A stretch of DNA of 62,735 nt, from contig JBDRMK010000007.1 of the NCBI GenBank assembly GCA_043812155.1, positions 1 through 62,735 on the forward strand, written 5' to 3'. The translations under genes were made by a program, and so were the position numbers. Under the pieces are notes generated by a model. It saw nothing but the letters and a program-made list of their open reading frames with translations, was not told the DNA's origin and did no database searches. This stretch comes from Patescibacteria group bacterium (lineage in GTDB: Bacteria; Patescibacteriota; Patescibacteriia; JAXHNJ01). Shown in pieces: positions 52,067 to 60,367 of this stretch (position 1 is its first letter; each line of letters starts with the position of its first letter).

Positions 52067-54222
52067 ACAGCCATTATCAGAAAAATACCTCCAAAGATGA
52101 TCAAGAGGAATATTTAAAAAAAACACGGGTCCCCCGCGATAATGTTTTAGATTTAAAACATTTGTTTGCCCCGGAAGAAGAGGTGAAAAGAACCAGTCTG
52201 CGGGGTAAATTTAATCTGAGTAAATTTTGGCCAAAATTGCCCGCGGCAAAAAAAATAAAACTCGGCGGGCTGGTTATCGGCTGGAAAAATGTGATAGTTT
52301 TCGGGGTAGTCTGTCTCGTTTTGATATTGCCTTTTTTATGCGCCCAAGGCTATCAAGGTATAAATAATCTAAAAGGCCGGGTCTTGGGTGTTTCGGTGAG
52401 CGCTTTGGATAATTTAAAAAGCGCCGGGCTGGCTTTGAGCAATTTTGACATGGCGACCGCCGCCGACCGCTTCAATCAGGCGGAAAATGATTTTAACGCC
52501 GCTCAAAAAGAACTGAGCCAAATTAATGACGTAATTTTCGCCCTGATAAAAATCATTCCCTTTAAAGGGGAAACCGTGACTTCCGGCCAGCATCTGATTT
52601 CCGCGGGCAAGAATATCGCGGAAATAGGCCAGCTTATCAGCGAACAATTAAAGCCTTTAACCGGAGAGCTTAAACTTAAAGAAGGCGAACTGGTCGTTCC
52701 AAAAGTGCTGTTTTCATTCCGACAGAGCTTAGAAGTGGTGTCGGATAAAATGAAAGCGGTTAAAAACGATTTAGACAAGGTAAAGATCGAGAGTTTGCCT
52801 CAGGAATATCAGGTCCAGATTCTGAAAATCAGAGAGGCCTTACCGGCCTTGGATGAATATCTTGAAAAAAGCAAATCAATGTTTTCCGTCTTAACTTCTC
52901 TTTTAGGCCAGAATAAGACCCAGGAATTTATTTTCATTTTTCAAAATAACCGGGAAATAAGGCCGACCGGCGGTTTTATGGGCAGTCTGGCTTTGGTGAC
53001 GGCGAAGAACGGCGAGGTGAAAATTTTGGAAGTGCCGGGCCGGGGGCCGTACGAGATAAACGATGATCTGTCTGCCGACATAATTCCACCCAAGCCCTTG
53101 TGGCTGGTCAACAATAAATGGGGGATACAGGACGCCAACTGGTTTCCCGATTTCCCGGCCACAGCCCAAAAAATAAACTGGTTTTATGAACTGTCCCGCG
53201 GCTTTTCCGTGGACGGCATCGTGAGCCTTACCCCGGATATTATTATTGATCTGTTGAGAATAACCGGACCGATAACTTTGGATAAGTACGAAACCGTGAT
53301 CACCGCCGATAATTTCATTGAAAAAACCCAGCTTAAGGTGGAAGTGGAGTATGATAAAGCGACTAACCAGCCTAAAGCCATAATCGGAGACTTGATCCCG
53401 CTGCTTTTAAATAAAGTTTTAAAGACCAAGCCCGGCGATTTTCTGGAACTGGCAAAGGTTTTACAAAAAGCGGTGTCAGAAAAAAACCTGCTGATCTACG
53501 CCAAAGACGAAAATTTGGAAAAAGAATTGATTGACCTGGATTTGGGCGGTGAGATCAAAACCGCGCCTAAAGATTATCTAATGGTGGTCAATACCAATAT
53601 CGGCGGCGGGAAAACCGACGGCGTGATTAGGCAGGAAATTTTACACGAGGTTTCTTTTTATTCTGACGGCGAGATTGTAGATACTTTAACAATTAAACGG
53701 ACGCATCAAGGTGATCCTAATAATTCTGTTACTAAAATAAAAAATATGGATTATTTAAGAGTTTATGTGCCGGCCGGCGCCGAACTTTTAAGCGCTTCCG
53801 GTTTTAGCGAGATCGATAAAAATTTGCTTAAATATCCTGATGAAAAGGCGGTTGAAGACAAGGATCTGATGAATATTGAAAAAGATCCGGTGATTGACGA
53901 AAGAAGCAACACGCGGATAACTTCTGAATTCGGCAAGACTTGTTTTGCTAATTGGTTAAACGTGGAAGTGGGAGAAAGCAAGGAAGTTGTTCTAAAATAT
54001 AAACTGCCCTTTAAACTTGAAGAGGCGGGTGTTTATTCTTTGTATTTACAAAAACAGCCGGGAGTAAACGATTCCTCGTTCACCGGCACTTTAACCCTGC
54101 CTTCAGATTTCAGCTTAATCCAAGGCTTGCCCGAAGGCATAATTAAAGATAATGAGGTTAATTATCAAACAACCATTAATGAAGATAAGGTTTACGGCGT
54201 GGAATTGGATAAATTAGAATAG
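52063..54222 (+). CDS. DUF4012-like membrane-anchored protein
   Basis: N-terminal TM segment, FIFQNNREIRPTGGFMGS block, 719 aa, EPS context. Confidence 0.65.
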   Translation: MNSHYQKNTSKDDQEEYLKKTRVPRDNVLDLKHLFAPEEEVKRTSLRGKFNLSKFWPKLPAAKKIKLGGLVIGWKNVIVFGVVCLVLILPFLCAQGYQGINNLKGRVLGVSVSALDNLKSAGLALSNFDMATAADRFNQAENDFNAAQKELSQINDVIFALIKIIPFKGETVTSGQHLISAGKNIAEIGQLISEQLKPLTGELKLKEGELVVPKVLFSFRQSLEVVSDKMKAVKNDLDKVKIESLPQEYQVQILKIREALPALDEYLEKSKSMFSVLTSLLGQNKTQEFIFIFQNNREIRPTGGFMGSLALVTAKNGEVKILEVPGRGPYEINDDLSADIIPPKPLWLVNNKWGIQDANWFPDFPATAQKINWFYELSRGFSVDGIVSLTPDIIIDLLRITGPITLDKYETVITADNFIEKTQLKVEVEYDKATNQPKAIIGDLIPLLLNKVLKTKPGDFLELAKVLQKAVSEKNLLIYAKDENLEKELIDLDLGGEIKTAPKDYLMVVNTNIGGGKTDGVIRQEILHEVSFYSDGEIVDTLTIKRTHQGDPNNSVTKIKNMDYLRVYVPAGAELLSASGFSEIDKNLLKYPDEKAVEDKDLMNIEKDPVIDERSNTRITSEFGKTCFANWLNVEVGESKEVVLKYKLPFKLEEAGVYSLYLQKQPGVNDSSFTGTLTLPSDFSLIQGLPEGIIKDNEVNYQTTINEDKVYGVELDKLE

Positions 54223-54238
54223 CAGCGTAATTCAGCAG

Positions 54239-54247
54239 TTATCCACA
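54239..54247. promoter_or_regulatory. perfect DnaA-box 9-mer
   Basis: TTATCCACA immediately after the DUF4012 stop. Confidence 0.45.
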
Positions 54248-54249
54248 AA

Positions 54250-54271
54250 GGCCAGATGTTGGCCTTTTTTT
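54250..54271 (+). terminator. intrinsic terminator
   Basis: ggcca-gatgt-tggcc followed by TTTTTTT. Confidence 0.75.
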
Positions 54272-54383
54272 AATATCCAAAAAACAGGCATTTTTGACTG
54301 ATTTTGCCTTGTTTTTGATCATATTAAATAATTAATTTAACCTAACATTAGGCAAAAATAGACTGGGGTGGGGATAACCCCCC

Positions 54384-54412
54384 TTGACAATAAAACCAGG
54401 CCATTCTATATT
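54384..54412 (+). promoter_or_regulatory. sigma70-like promoter at the left edge of the island
   Basis: A GC hairpin ggggtggggataacccc abuts TTGACA, then a 17-nt spacer and TATATT. Confidence 0.55.
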
Positions 54413-54873
54413 GACCAGTTAAGTGAAAAGAGGGAGAGAGACAAAGTCTTAGAGGAGGGGACTTTGACAACCAAATAAGAGTGAGGAGAAAGAGGAGAGA
54501 GAACCGATTTTTATATAGTCGGTAATAGAAGATTTATATTAAAGTGTTTTTAATATTGAAAAAGGGCTCTCTCCAAATATGTTGGTAGGGTCCTTTTTTG
54601 TTGGCTTATTATCTTAATGAGAGAAAAGGAGGGTAGTTAAGGCGTTCTCCCCGAAAGGGCTTGGAACGACCGAGGCCTGAGAGAAAGTCAGGGCAGGAAT
54701 TATCTTGCCCTAGAACTTTCACGAAAGGCCGGGCCTGGTCTCAAATCAATCGATATGAGAATCAAGCCGCACTATCCTTCTGTTCTCTCCTTAAAGATCT
54801 TTGAGGAGCAAGGAGGGGAGGGGGTCTAGTATCCTCTCTCTTCCTACCGTAGTTTTCCTTGAAAAAAAATAAA

Positions 54874-55016
54874 ACCTCCAGGGTAGTCACAGGGAGGGTG
54901 AGAAAATCATTTCGGATGATGTTGAATGTTTGGTCGGGTTTACTCGATCATCCACTCACTTCATCTTTAGGCCTGTTCTTTTTTTAAGAAAAGATTGCCA
55001 TTTTATTCTCACCTCC
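54874..55016 (+). repeat. diverged member (R0) of the SD/anti-SD-ended structured repeat family
   Basis: 5' ..cctccaggg..agGGAGGGTGAGaaaat and 3' attttattCTCACCTCC are inverted. It shares the ttaggcc-hairpin-gattgcca-ttttatt-ctcacctcc layout with R1 and R2. Confidence 0.4.
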
Positions 55017-55080
55017 GTGTGCGTGCTCTGGATTACATAACAAACGTTTGGATAAGGAATTCCGAAATGAAGAAGTGATT

Positions 55081-55320
55081 ATGTTCAAAGTATTGATTAT
55101 TGTCGGTACTATGATAGTAATTCGTCGGATACTTAATCTTCATTTCCATATTACCAAGCATGGCGTTCATCGCCCTGTATGGTGGATATGGAAAGATGAA
55201 GGCTGCTGGCGTTATATTCCTCGTGAATACGATCCCAGCGAAATGCGGGAATGTACTTGCTGCGGGAAGGCGTTCTGGCGGGCGAAAGGAAGTATCTTCT
55301 GGCAGGCAGTTTGCCATTAA
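55081..55320 (+). CDS. possible small TM plus Cys-rich protein
   Basis: MFKVLIIVGTMIVIRRIL... then CTCCGK. Several overlapping ORFs exist on both strands, so the call is uncertain. Confidence 0.3.
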   Translation: MFKVLIIVGTMIVIRRILNLHFHITKHGVHRPVWWIWKDEGCWRYIPREYDPSEMRECTCCGKAFWRAKGSIFWQAVCH

Positions 55321-55587
55321 ATCTTTGTTCTTTTCTAAAGGATATATTCCAGGCCAGTCTTTGGCCAAAACCGGGGAACGAGATTGCCATTGCTTCAAAG
55401 CTTTCGCATCACTCTCGTCCCCCGGACTTTTTCAAGGGCATTAATGCTTTAGTGCCTTAGAAAAAGTCCAAATTAATTTGGACATTGTTCTTCTTTAAGA
55501 GATGCCCCACAAAGGTATCTCCCCGCTAAGACCAGTTTACTGGTCATCCCCGGGGGAGTCGTATCAAAGACCCGATTCCTCCATTCC

Positions 55588-55618
55588 CTTGAGAGCATTG
55601 AAACAAAATGCTTTCAAG
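55588..55618 (+). promoter_or_regulatory. leader hairpin (cttgagagcatt / aatgctttcaag)
   Basis: Paralogous to 56118-56153. Followed by agagtgaaagtgg.. and an SD. Confidence 0.5.
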
Positions 55619-55669
55619 AGAGTGAAAGTGGTCAGGTAGATTTTGACAACTCGAACAGGAGGTTCTGAA

Positions 55670-55855
55670 ATGACTTGGAAAAAGGTAGGTTTATCAAACT
55701 GCGGGATGCTGCTGTTCGTGCTCGGTTTCGGGCCGCTCGGGGTCAACCATTGGTTGACTCATACGATCGGTTGCGGACTGATCTTCGGCGGTTTGACGCT
55801 GACGCTTACCATTGTGTTGACGCCAAGCCCGTCGGTAAAGGAGGCAATAAGATGA
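55670..55855 (+). CDS. small 2-TM protein (61 aa)
   Basis: SD caggagg 7 nt upstream. MTWKKVGLSNCGMLLFVLGFGPLG...GLIFGGLTLTLTIVL. Confidence 0.6.
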   Translation: MTWKKVGLSNCGMLLFVLGFGPLGVNHWLTHTIGCGLIFGGLTLTLTIVLTPSPSVKEAIR

Positions 55856-56046
55856 AAGCCATCTGTATACTTCTGGTAACGGTGGATGCGTGCCTATACT
55901 TGGCCGCGATTACCGTTCTGGCAACGCTAATGCCGCCATATTACGTGGTATGCGTTGTCCTGGGGGTCGGCATATACGATTTCATCGCCACTACTCGGTT
56001 TTCTCGCCGTTGGTGGCAGATGACAAGGAGAATCCTCGGCCGGTAG
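55852..56046 (+). CDS. small 2-TM protein (64 aa), translationally coupled
   Basis: ATGA start/stop overlap with the previous ORF, SD aaggagg upstream; MKAICILLVTVDACLYLAAITVL... Confidence 0.6.
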   Translation: MKAICILLVTVDACLYLAAITVLATLMPPYYVVCVVLGVGIYDFIATTRFSRRWWQMTRRILGR

Positions 56047-56117
56047 CCATATCGGCCATTATGCACCTTCTTGCACAACCAACCTTTGGGGGGTCCGAAA
56101 CAGCAACGACCCCCTAT

Positions 56118-56153
56118 CTTCCGAGAGCATTAAAAGATTAGTGCTTTCAGAAG
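56118..56153 (+). promoter_or_regulatory. leader hairpin (cttccgagagcat / gtgctttcagaag)
   Basis: Same design as 55588-55618. Followed by agaatgaagtcgg.. and SD taaggagg. Confidence 0.5.
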
Positions 56154-56194
56154 AGAATGAAGTCGGCTGTTTGTAAATTTTAAGGAGGTCAGTC

Positions 56195-56368
56195 ATGCGT
56201 GAGATTCTTATCAATTTACTGATATCAAGTATTGCGTGTGTCATCTTGGCGATTGGATTGAATGCAAATCATAAGATTCAGCTTGGAATCAGCATCTTGG
56301 CGACCATACAGGTGATTTTGGGAAGCCTCAATTTTGTTCTTATATCCCGTAAGAACAGAATAAAGTAG
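56195..56368 (+). CDS. small 2-TM protein (57 aa; below the ORF-track cut-off)
   Basis: SD aaggagg 6 nt upstream. MREILINLLISSIACVILAIGL...ISILATIQVILGSLNFVLI. Confidence 0.55.
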   Translation: MREILINLLISSIACVILAIGLNANHKIQLGISILATIQVILGSLNFVLISRKNRIK

Positions 56369-56641
56369 AGGCAACGCACTTTTACCCGAGAGAGAGATCC
56401 GCTTCTAGCGCTTTTTTCTCTCGGCTTTCCCAAGCTAAGCAATAAATTGGTTAGCTTAGGAAAGAGTTCTTTGACACGCCTCCGTCTCCCTGCGGGAGAT
56501 TTCGGCGCGCGAGACTCAGTAAAACCATGTTTATTTCTGTTTGGCAAGCCCTGATGTTTGTCATCGGGTATTCCGTTGAGCTTGACCAAAAAATCCCATG
56601 GCCATGAGCCACAGGATTTGAGAAACGGGTATTTTGAAAAT

Positions 56642-56935
56642 TTAATATTCCAGTTTAACCTTAACTTTACGCGCCAGCTGGCGGATTAGGTCTTCCAGGC
56701 GGGCAACCTCTTTATAAAGAGCGCGGTCAAGCTTAGCTTCTATTCTTGATAGGCGTTGGCCGTGATCAGAGAGTTCCTCGTGAATAACTTGTAAATCCTG
56801 CTTAGTTGCCATGTCCTTAATATCCTGTTTCGTTGCCATATCGGCAATATCGCGTTTAGTTGCGGTTTCGTCAAAACCACGGGCCACCATCCTGGCCAAT
56901 TCATTCAGAGTAATTTGTTTTTTTGACTTTTTCAT
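56642..56935 (-). CDS. coiled-coil protein with a short tandem peptide repeat
   Basis: TKRDIADMATKQDIKDMATKQDLQ repeat followed by a heptad-like C-terminus. Has its own promoter. Confidence 0.65.
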   Translation of the reverse strand: MKKSKKQITLNELARMVARGFDETATKRDIADMATKQDIKDMATKQDLQVIHEELSDHGQRLSRIEAKLDRALYKEVARLEDLIRQLARKVKVKLEY

Positions 56936-56973
56936 AATCTATCTTCCTATTTAGCCGCCAAAACTGCTTACTT

Positions 56974-57002
56974 ATTATAGTTTAGCCTTTAAAAAGCGTC
57001 AA
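56974..57002 (-). promoter_or_regulatory. sigma70-like promoter (minus strand)
   Basis: Minus strand reads TTGACG, 17-nt spacer, TATAAT. Confidence 0.55.
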
Positions 57003-57056
57003 GATGCATTAATATATTAAATATAAATCCGTCTTATCAGCTCTTTGACTAAAAAT

Positions 57057-57246
57057 CTTTCTTCGCCACCTCCATGGAGGGTGAGTCTCCCTGTCGAAAG
57101 ATAGGGCAATCGACTGGGGATATATTGATTGTTTAACTTGGTTTCACTAAGTTAAATTAGTTGATTATCCCTTAGGCCCTTTACTTCTTAACCGGGTAAA
57201 GATCAGCCAAATTAAACTCACCTCCAGTGAGGTGGTGGAAGAAGAA
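57057..57246 (+). repeat. structured repeat R1 (about 190 nt) with inverted SD-like / anti-SD-like ends
   Basis: 5' cgCCACCTCCatgGAGGGTGAG and 3' CTCACCTCCagtGAGGTGGtg. The internal long hairpin is gggatatattgattgtttaactt / aagttaaattagttgattatccc. Confidence 0.6.
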
Positions 57247-57297
57247 ACAACGGTTTCAGAAAGACTGCTAGAAAAGGCGGTCAAGAAAGGAGTCGTC

Positions 57298-57549
57298 ATG
57301 GACGACTATGAAGGCAGTTTTCGCCAGGAAGGTCAGCAAGCGTATAATGCTTGGCTGAAACAGATGCTCATAATGGCTCTCGTTATATTCGGGGTTTTGA
57401 TTGTCGCAATCTGGGTTATTCCTCTGGCAATGTGTCACGGCTTGCAGATTCATAGCAAGGTGATGACGCAAGCCAAGATTGCCGCTACGGTCATTGGCGT
57501 ATTGGGTATCGTGTTGGGCTTTTGGTCAATTTGTTCCGAAAGGAAATGA
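57298..57549 (+). CDS. small 2-TM protein (83 aa)
   Basis: ATG behind aaaggag. The ORF-track GTG start (57232) lies inside repeat R1. Confidence 0.6.
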   Translation: MDDYEGSFRQEGQQAYNAWLKQMLIMALVIFGVLIVAIWVIPLAMCHGLQIHSKVMTQAKIAATVIGVLGIVLGFWSICSERK

Positions 57550-57810
57550 ACTCGACCAAGTAGTACCTACGGTTTTACGGGCGTCTGCCAGCCTAAGATG
57601 GTAGAGTTTTTCTCATGAAAAGAAGGATTGATGACGTACGAACCTTAGGTGGAGGTGAGACCACCTTAAAAAACACTAAAAGATATGGCGGCGGACGCCT
57701 GAAACTGAAGTTCCGCGGGGGCTTGAGCGCACAACTAAGTCTTAAGCCCCTTCCTTCTCAAGCCGACAATGAATTGCCGGTTTAAGAAGGAAAAGTTCTT
57801 TATATCAAAC

Positions 57811-57999
57811 CTTTCTCCGCCACCTCTATGGAGGGTGAGTTGACCCTGTCGAATGACGGGGGCAATCGACTGGGGATATATTGATTGTTTAACTTGGTTT
57901 CACTAAGTTAGATCAGTTGATTATCCCTTAGGCCCTTTACTTCTGAAAAGAGTAAAGACAAGCCAATTTAACTCACCTCCAGTGAGGTGGCGGAAAGAA
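57811..57999 (+). repeat. structured repeat R2, direct copy of R1
   Basis: Roughly 85-90 percent identical to R1 by eye, including a 48-nt identical block. The closing pair changes from ggtggtg to ggtggcg. Confidence 0.6.
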
Positions 58000-58060
58000 T
58001 AATTAATTTAAGTATTGAACTTTTCAGGCAGTTATTCAACCTTTGCTAGGAGGTACGGTC

Positions 58061-58798
58061 ATGAACGGTAGAATCAGCAAGACGGGAGACGCCGGTTACT
58101 TTTTTATCGCCGGCGATGACGGGGGCAACTACTATTCCCGCGACGAATGGGTCTATTCCAGCTTCCGTGGCAGGATCGAACTCAACGCCCGGGTGGAGTT
58201 TCAGACCCGGGTATGGCAGGGAAAGCCGCAGGCTTTCGCGGTCAGAGCGGAAGCTTTAGCCGCGTCGCAAGCCAAGTCGGTCAGGACCGTCAAGTTTGAC
58301 GAGCACCACGATGGCCGGCTTCAGCTTCTTCACTCCATTCTGGAGGAGGGAAGGAAGCCGAGCGATGATGAGCAGAAAACGCTCTTCGCGGTGTGGCTGA
58401 CGGATGCCCAGGGGCATCTGCTCACGGATCAGTACGACTGCGGAAACTGCGCCCGGCACCCGCGCTTCTACCGGCAAAGGTTCGACGGACTCTACGTCGT
58501 GACCTTCGGCCAGGATTACCCCGCGGTGATTCTCTGTGAGAAGTGCCGCCGTCGCTTCTCCCAGCTGTACCCTTCGTGCCAGACGAATATCAGTCCGCTC
58601 TATGATACCCTGGAAAGACTCGGTATTCGGCCGAACGGTCGCGGCTGGACTCTCGGTCAGGCCGCCAATTCCCATCGTCGGGAAAAGAATCGGCGAATCA
58701 TCAAGCCGATTTTCCAGGCTTCGGAAAAGGCCCGGCAGAGCAATGAAGAGCTCGTCGAGAAGTTCTCGAAACGCTGGCGCGAGCAGAAGACCGCCTGA
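58061..58798 (+). CDS. cold-shock-domain-like N-terminus plus CxxC..CxxC zinc-ribbon protein
   Basis: SD aggagg. GRISKTGDAGYFFIAGDDGGNYY...RVEFQ...GKPQAFAV follows the Csp pattern (KGFGFI..DDG...V.F...G..A..V). Also CGNCARH...CEKCRRR. Confidence 0.65.
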   Translation: MNGRISKTGDAGYFFIAGDDGGNYYSRDEWVYSSFRGRIELNARVEFQTRVWQGKPQAFAVRAEALAASQAKSVRTVKFDEHHDGRLQLLHSILEEGRKPSDDEQKTLFAVWLTDAQGHLLTDQYDCGNCARHPRFYRQRFDGLYVVTFGQDYPAVILCEKCRRRFSQLYPSCQTNISPLYDTLERLGIRPNGRGWTLGQAANSHRREKNRRIIKPIFQASEKARQSNEELVEKFSKRWREQKTA

Positions 58799-58920
58799 CA
58801 TCGTATAAAAATTAGGAAGGGGCTCGCAAGACTTGAAATACAGTTTTGTCCGCCCCTTCCGCTCTCTTGAGCCTATCAGAAAAAATCTGGTAGACTGAAG
58901 AGAGTTCTTTGAGAAAAAAG

Positions 58921-59042
58921 TTGGCAGCGGTTCGTCTGTTAGCATATAGCCTATGGCTTATGGCATATAGTTTGTTTGTTTAGTAGTTTTTTCCATAAGC
59001 TATAGGCTATAAGCCATACGCTAGCAGTTGGGCCGCTGCCAA
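58921..59042. repeat. low-complexity long hairpin, no ORF
   Basis: ttggcagcgg..gcatatagcctatggcttatggcatatag // ccataagctataggctataagccatacgc..ccgctgccaa. Confidence 0.6.
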
Positions 59043-59045
59043 TCC

Positions 59046-59183
59046 TGTTTGACCCGAAATCAGACAGTAAAATAATCGGGTGAGCGATTATTTTTGCCGA
59101 TAAGGCGGCAAATGAGGGCCCGAAACCCTCGACTGTTACCCGGACCCGAAATCCGGATTTCATACCGACGGCCCGAAACCGTC
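59046..59183 (+). promoter_or_regulatory. array of four stem-loops with an identical CCCGAAA loop
   Basis: tgtttga-CCCGAAA-tcagaca (59046), gaggg-CCCGAAA-ccctc (59114), ccgga-CCCGAAA-tccgg (59140), gacgg-CCCGAAA-ccgtc (59167). The SD and ATG follow at 59192-59206. Confidence 0.6.
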
Positions 59184-59203
59184 ATAAATCAGGGAGGTTC
59201 GAA

Positions 59204-59761
59204 ATGTCGAACGTATATGTTGAGAGGCTCGAAGCGGAATACCGCCGAGCCAGCAATCTGGTCAAGTTCTTCGTCGGGTGTTTGATCATCGTCGGTCTCG
59301 TTCTGGTCCTTTGCTTCAAGCCGTTTTTTGGTGATCGTCCGGCTTTGGACTCCCTGTGCTGGAGCACGGGAATTGTCGTCGTCGGCATCGGCGCCGCCGC
59401 ATTTCTTCTGATGGAAATGAAGAAGAAGATGGTTGATGGCCAAGTGGATAAGGCTTTCAAAAACTTCTTCGGGTTTTATCCGCAGATCGCCGATATAGAG
59501 CAGTTTTCGGTCACGGCCGAAGGCATGGTGAGGAATCAGCTTAAAATCAAGTCTGCCCTACTGAAACAGACGCTGGGAGCGAAAGATGCGCTCAAGTCCG
59601 CGATCAAAGAGGGCAAGATGACCAAGGCTTTCCAGTACATCAATCGCTGCCTTAAGCAGGATGTTGATGAGATCTTCAACGCGTACGATGCCGCGATGTA
59701 TCGCGGCTACCTGCGCGACGTGCTCAAGGAGAGGTCCCTCGAAGCCCTAGCTTCGCTCTAA
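59204..59761 (+). CDS. 2-TM protein with a helical soluble C-terminal domain (185 aa)
   Basis: SD agggagg 6 nt upstream, two hydrophobic segments, then a charged helical tail. Confidence 0.7.
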   Translation: MSNVYVERLEAEYRRASNLVKFFVGCLIIVGLVLVLCFKPFFGDRPALDSLCWSTGIVVVGIGAAAFLLMEMKKKMVDGQVDKAFKNFFGFYPQIADIEQFSVTAEGMVRNQLKIKSALLKQTLGAKDALKSAIKEGKMTKAFQYINRCLKQDVDEIFNAYDAAMYRGYLRDVLKERSLEALASL

Positions 59762-59846
59762 TCTCTGATTACCTGTCTCACCGCAGGTAATTGATCTTTG
59801 GAAGGGGAGCGAACGTTTTGAAAAATTCGTTTGCTCCCCAACCTAC

Positions 59847-59875
59847 TTGAGTCCGCAATTAATAAAGTGTATAAT
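59847..59875 (+). promoter_or_regulatory. sigma70-like promoter
   Basis: TTGAGT, 17-nt spacer, TATAAT. Confidence 0.5.
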
Positions 59876-59932
59876 TGTAGGCTCAAATAGGTTCATTGAA
59901 AGTTTTAAAACAACTAGCGCGGAGGTTATGAC

Positions 59933-60355
59933 GTGAAGAAGATTAGTTTGATTGAAGTCTTTATTGGTATAGTCGTGGTGGCTTTGCTCGCGGCAGTCTT
60001 GTCACCTTCATTGACTCTCTGGCTGGTACGGGCTCGGGAAGCGGAGTTCGCGGTCAATTATTCCGCTGTCCAGAAAGCAGCCGAGGATTTCGCTATTCAG
60101 AATTACGGCCGTTTTCCTCGGAATATCGATAAAGATAAAACGCCGTCCGGACAAACGCTTCGGGATATCGTGTCTGCATACGACAGCATTTCTAATCCGT
60201 TCACCAAGAACGGGGTCACGGTAGTAATCAACGGGATAGCCTGGAAGATTGGGCAGGTCGGATACTTGCCAAATTTTCAGGACAGTATCCCGGTCGGCTG
60301 TACGATTACCGCCGTTGGTATTATAGGTGATACAGTCATCGTCTGTCCAAAGTAA
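59933..60355 (+). CDS. pilin/pseudopilin-like protein (atypical N-terminus)
   Basis: GTG behind ggagg. MKKISLIEVFIGIVVVALLAAVL resembles a class III signal but lacks the Gly before the cleavage site. DFAIQNYGRFP resembles the GspG-type Y..dnG.yP segment. Confidence 0.55.
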   Translation: MKKISLIEVFIGIVVVALLAAVLSPSLTLWLVRAREAEFAVNYSAVQKAAEDFAIQNYGRFPRNIDKDKTPSGQTLRDIVSAYDSISNPFTKNGVTVVINGIAWKIGQVGYLPNFQDSIPVGCTITAVGIIGDTVIVCPK

Positions 60356-60367
60356 CGGAGGTTAGTG

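Noticed and set aside
55033-55460. Stack of overlapping ORFs: 55033-55398 and 55151-55390 (minus strand), 55160-55444 and 55251-55460 (plus strand)
   Set aside because: They are mutually exclusive frames in a G+C-richer stretch with no RBS. Only 55081-55320 was kept, at low confidence.
57057-57999. R1/R2 as integron attC sites or a simple MITE
   Set aside because: No RYYYAAC/GTTRRRY core sites and no integrase are present, and I saw no obvious target-site duplications. Compensatory changes between copies favour a structured RNA. MITE status cannot be fully excluded without more copies.
58256-58945. 229-aa ORF on the minus strand
   Set aside because: It is antisense to the better-supported Csp-like/zinc-ribbon gene, which has an SD, an ATG and recognisable motifs. 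Long antisense ORFs are expected in G+C-rich patches.
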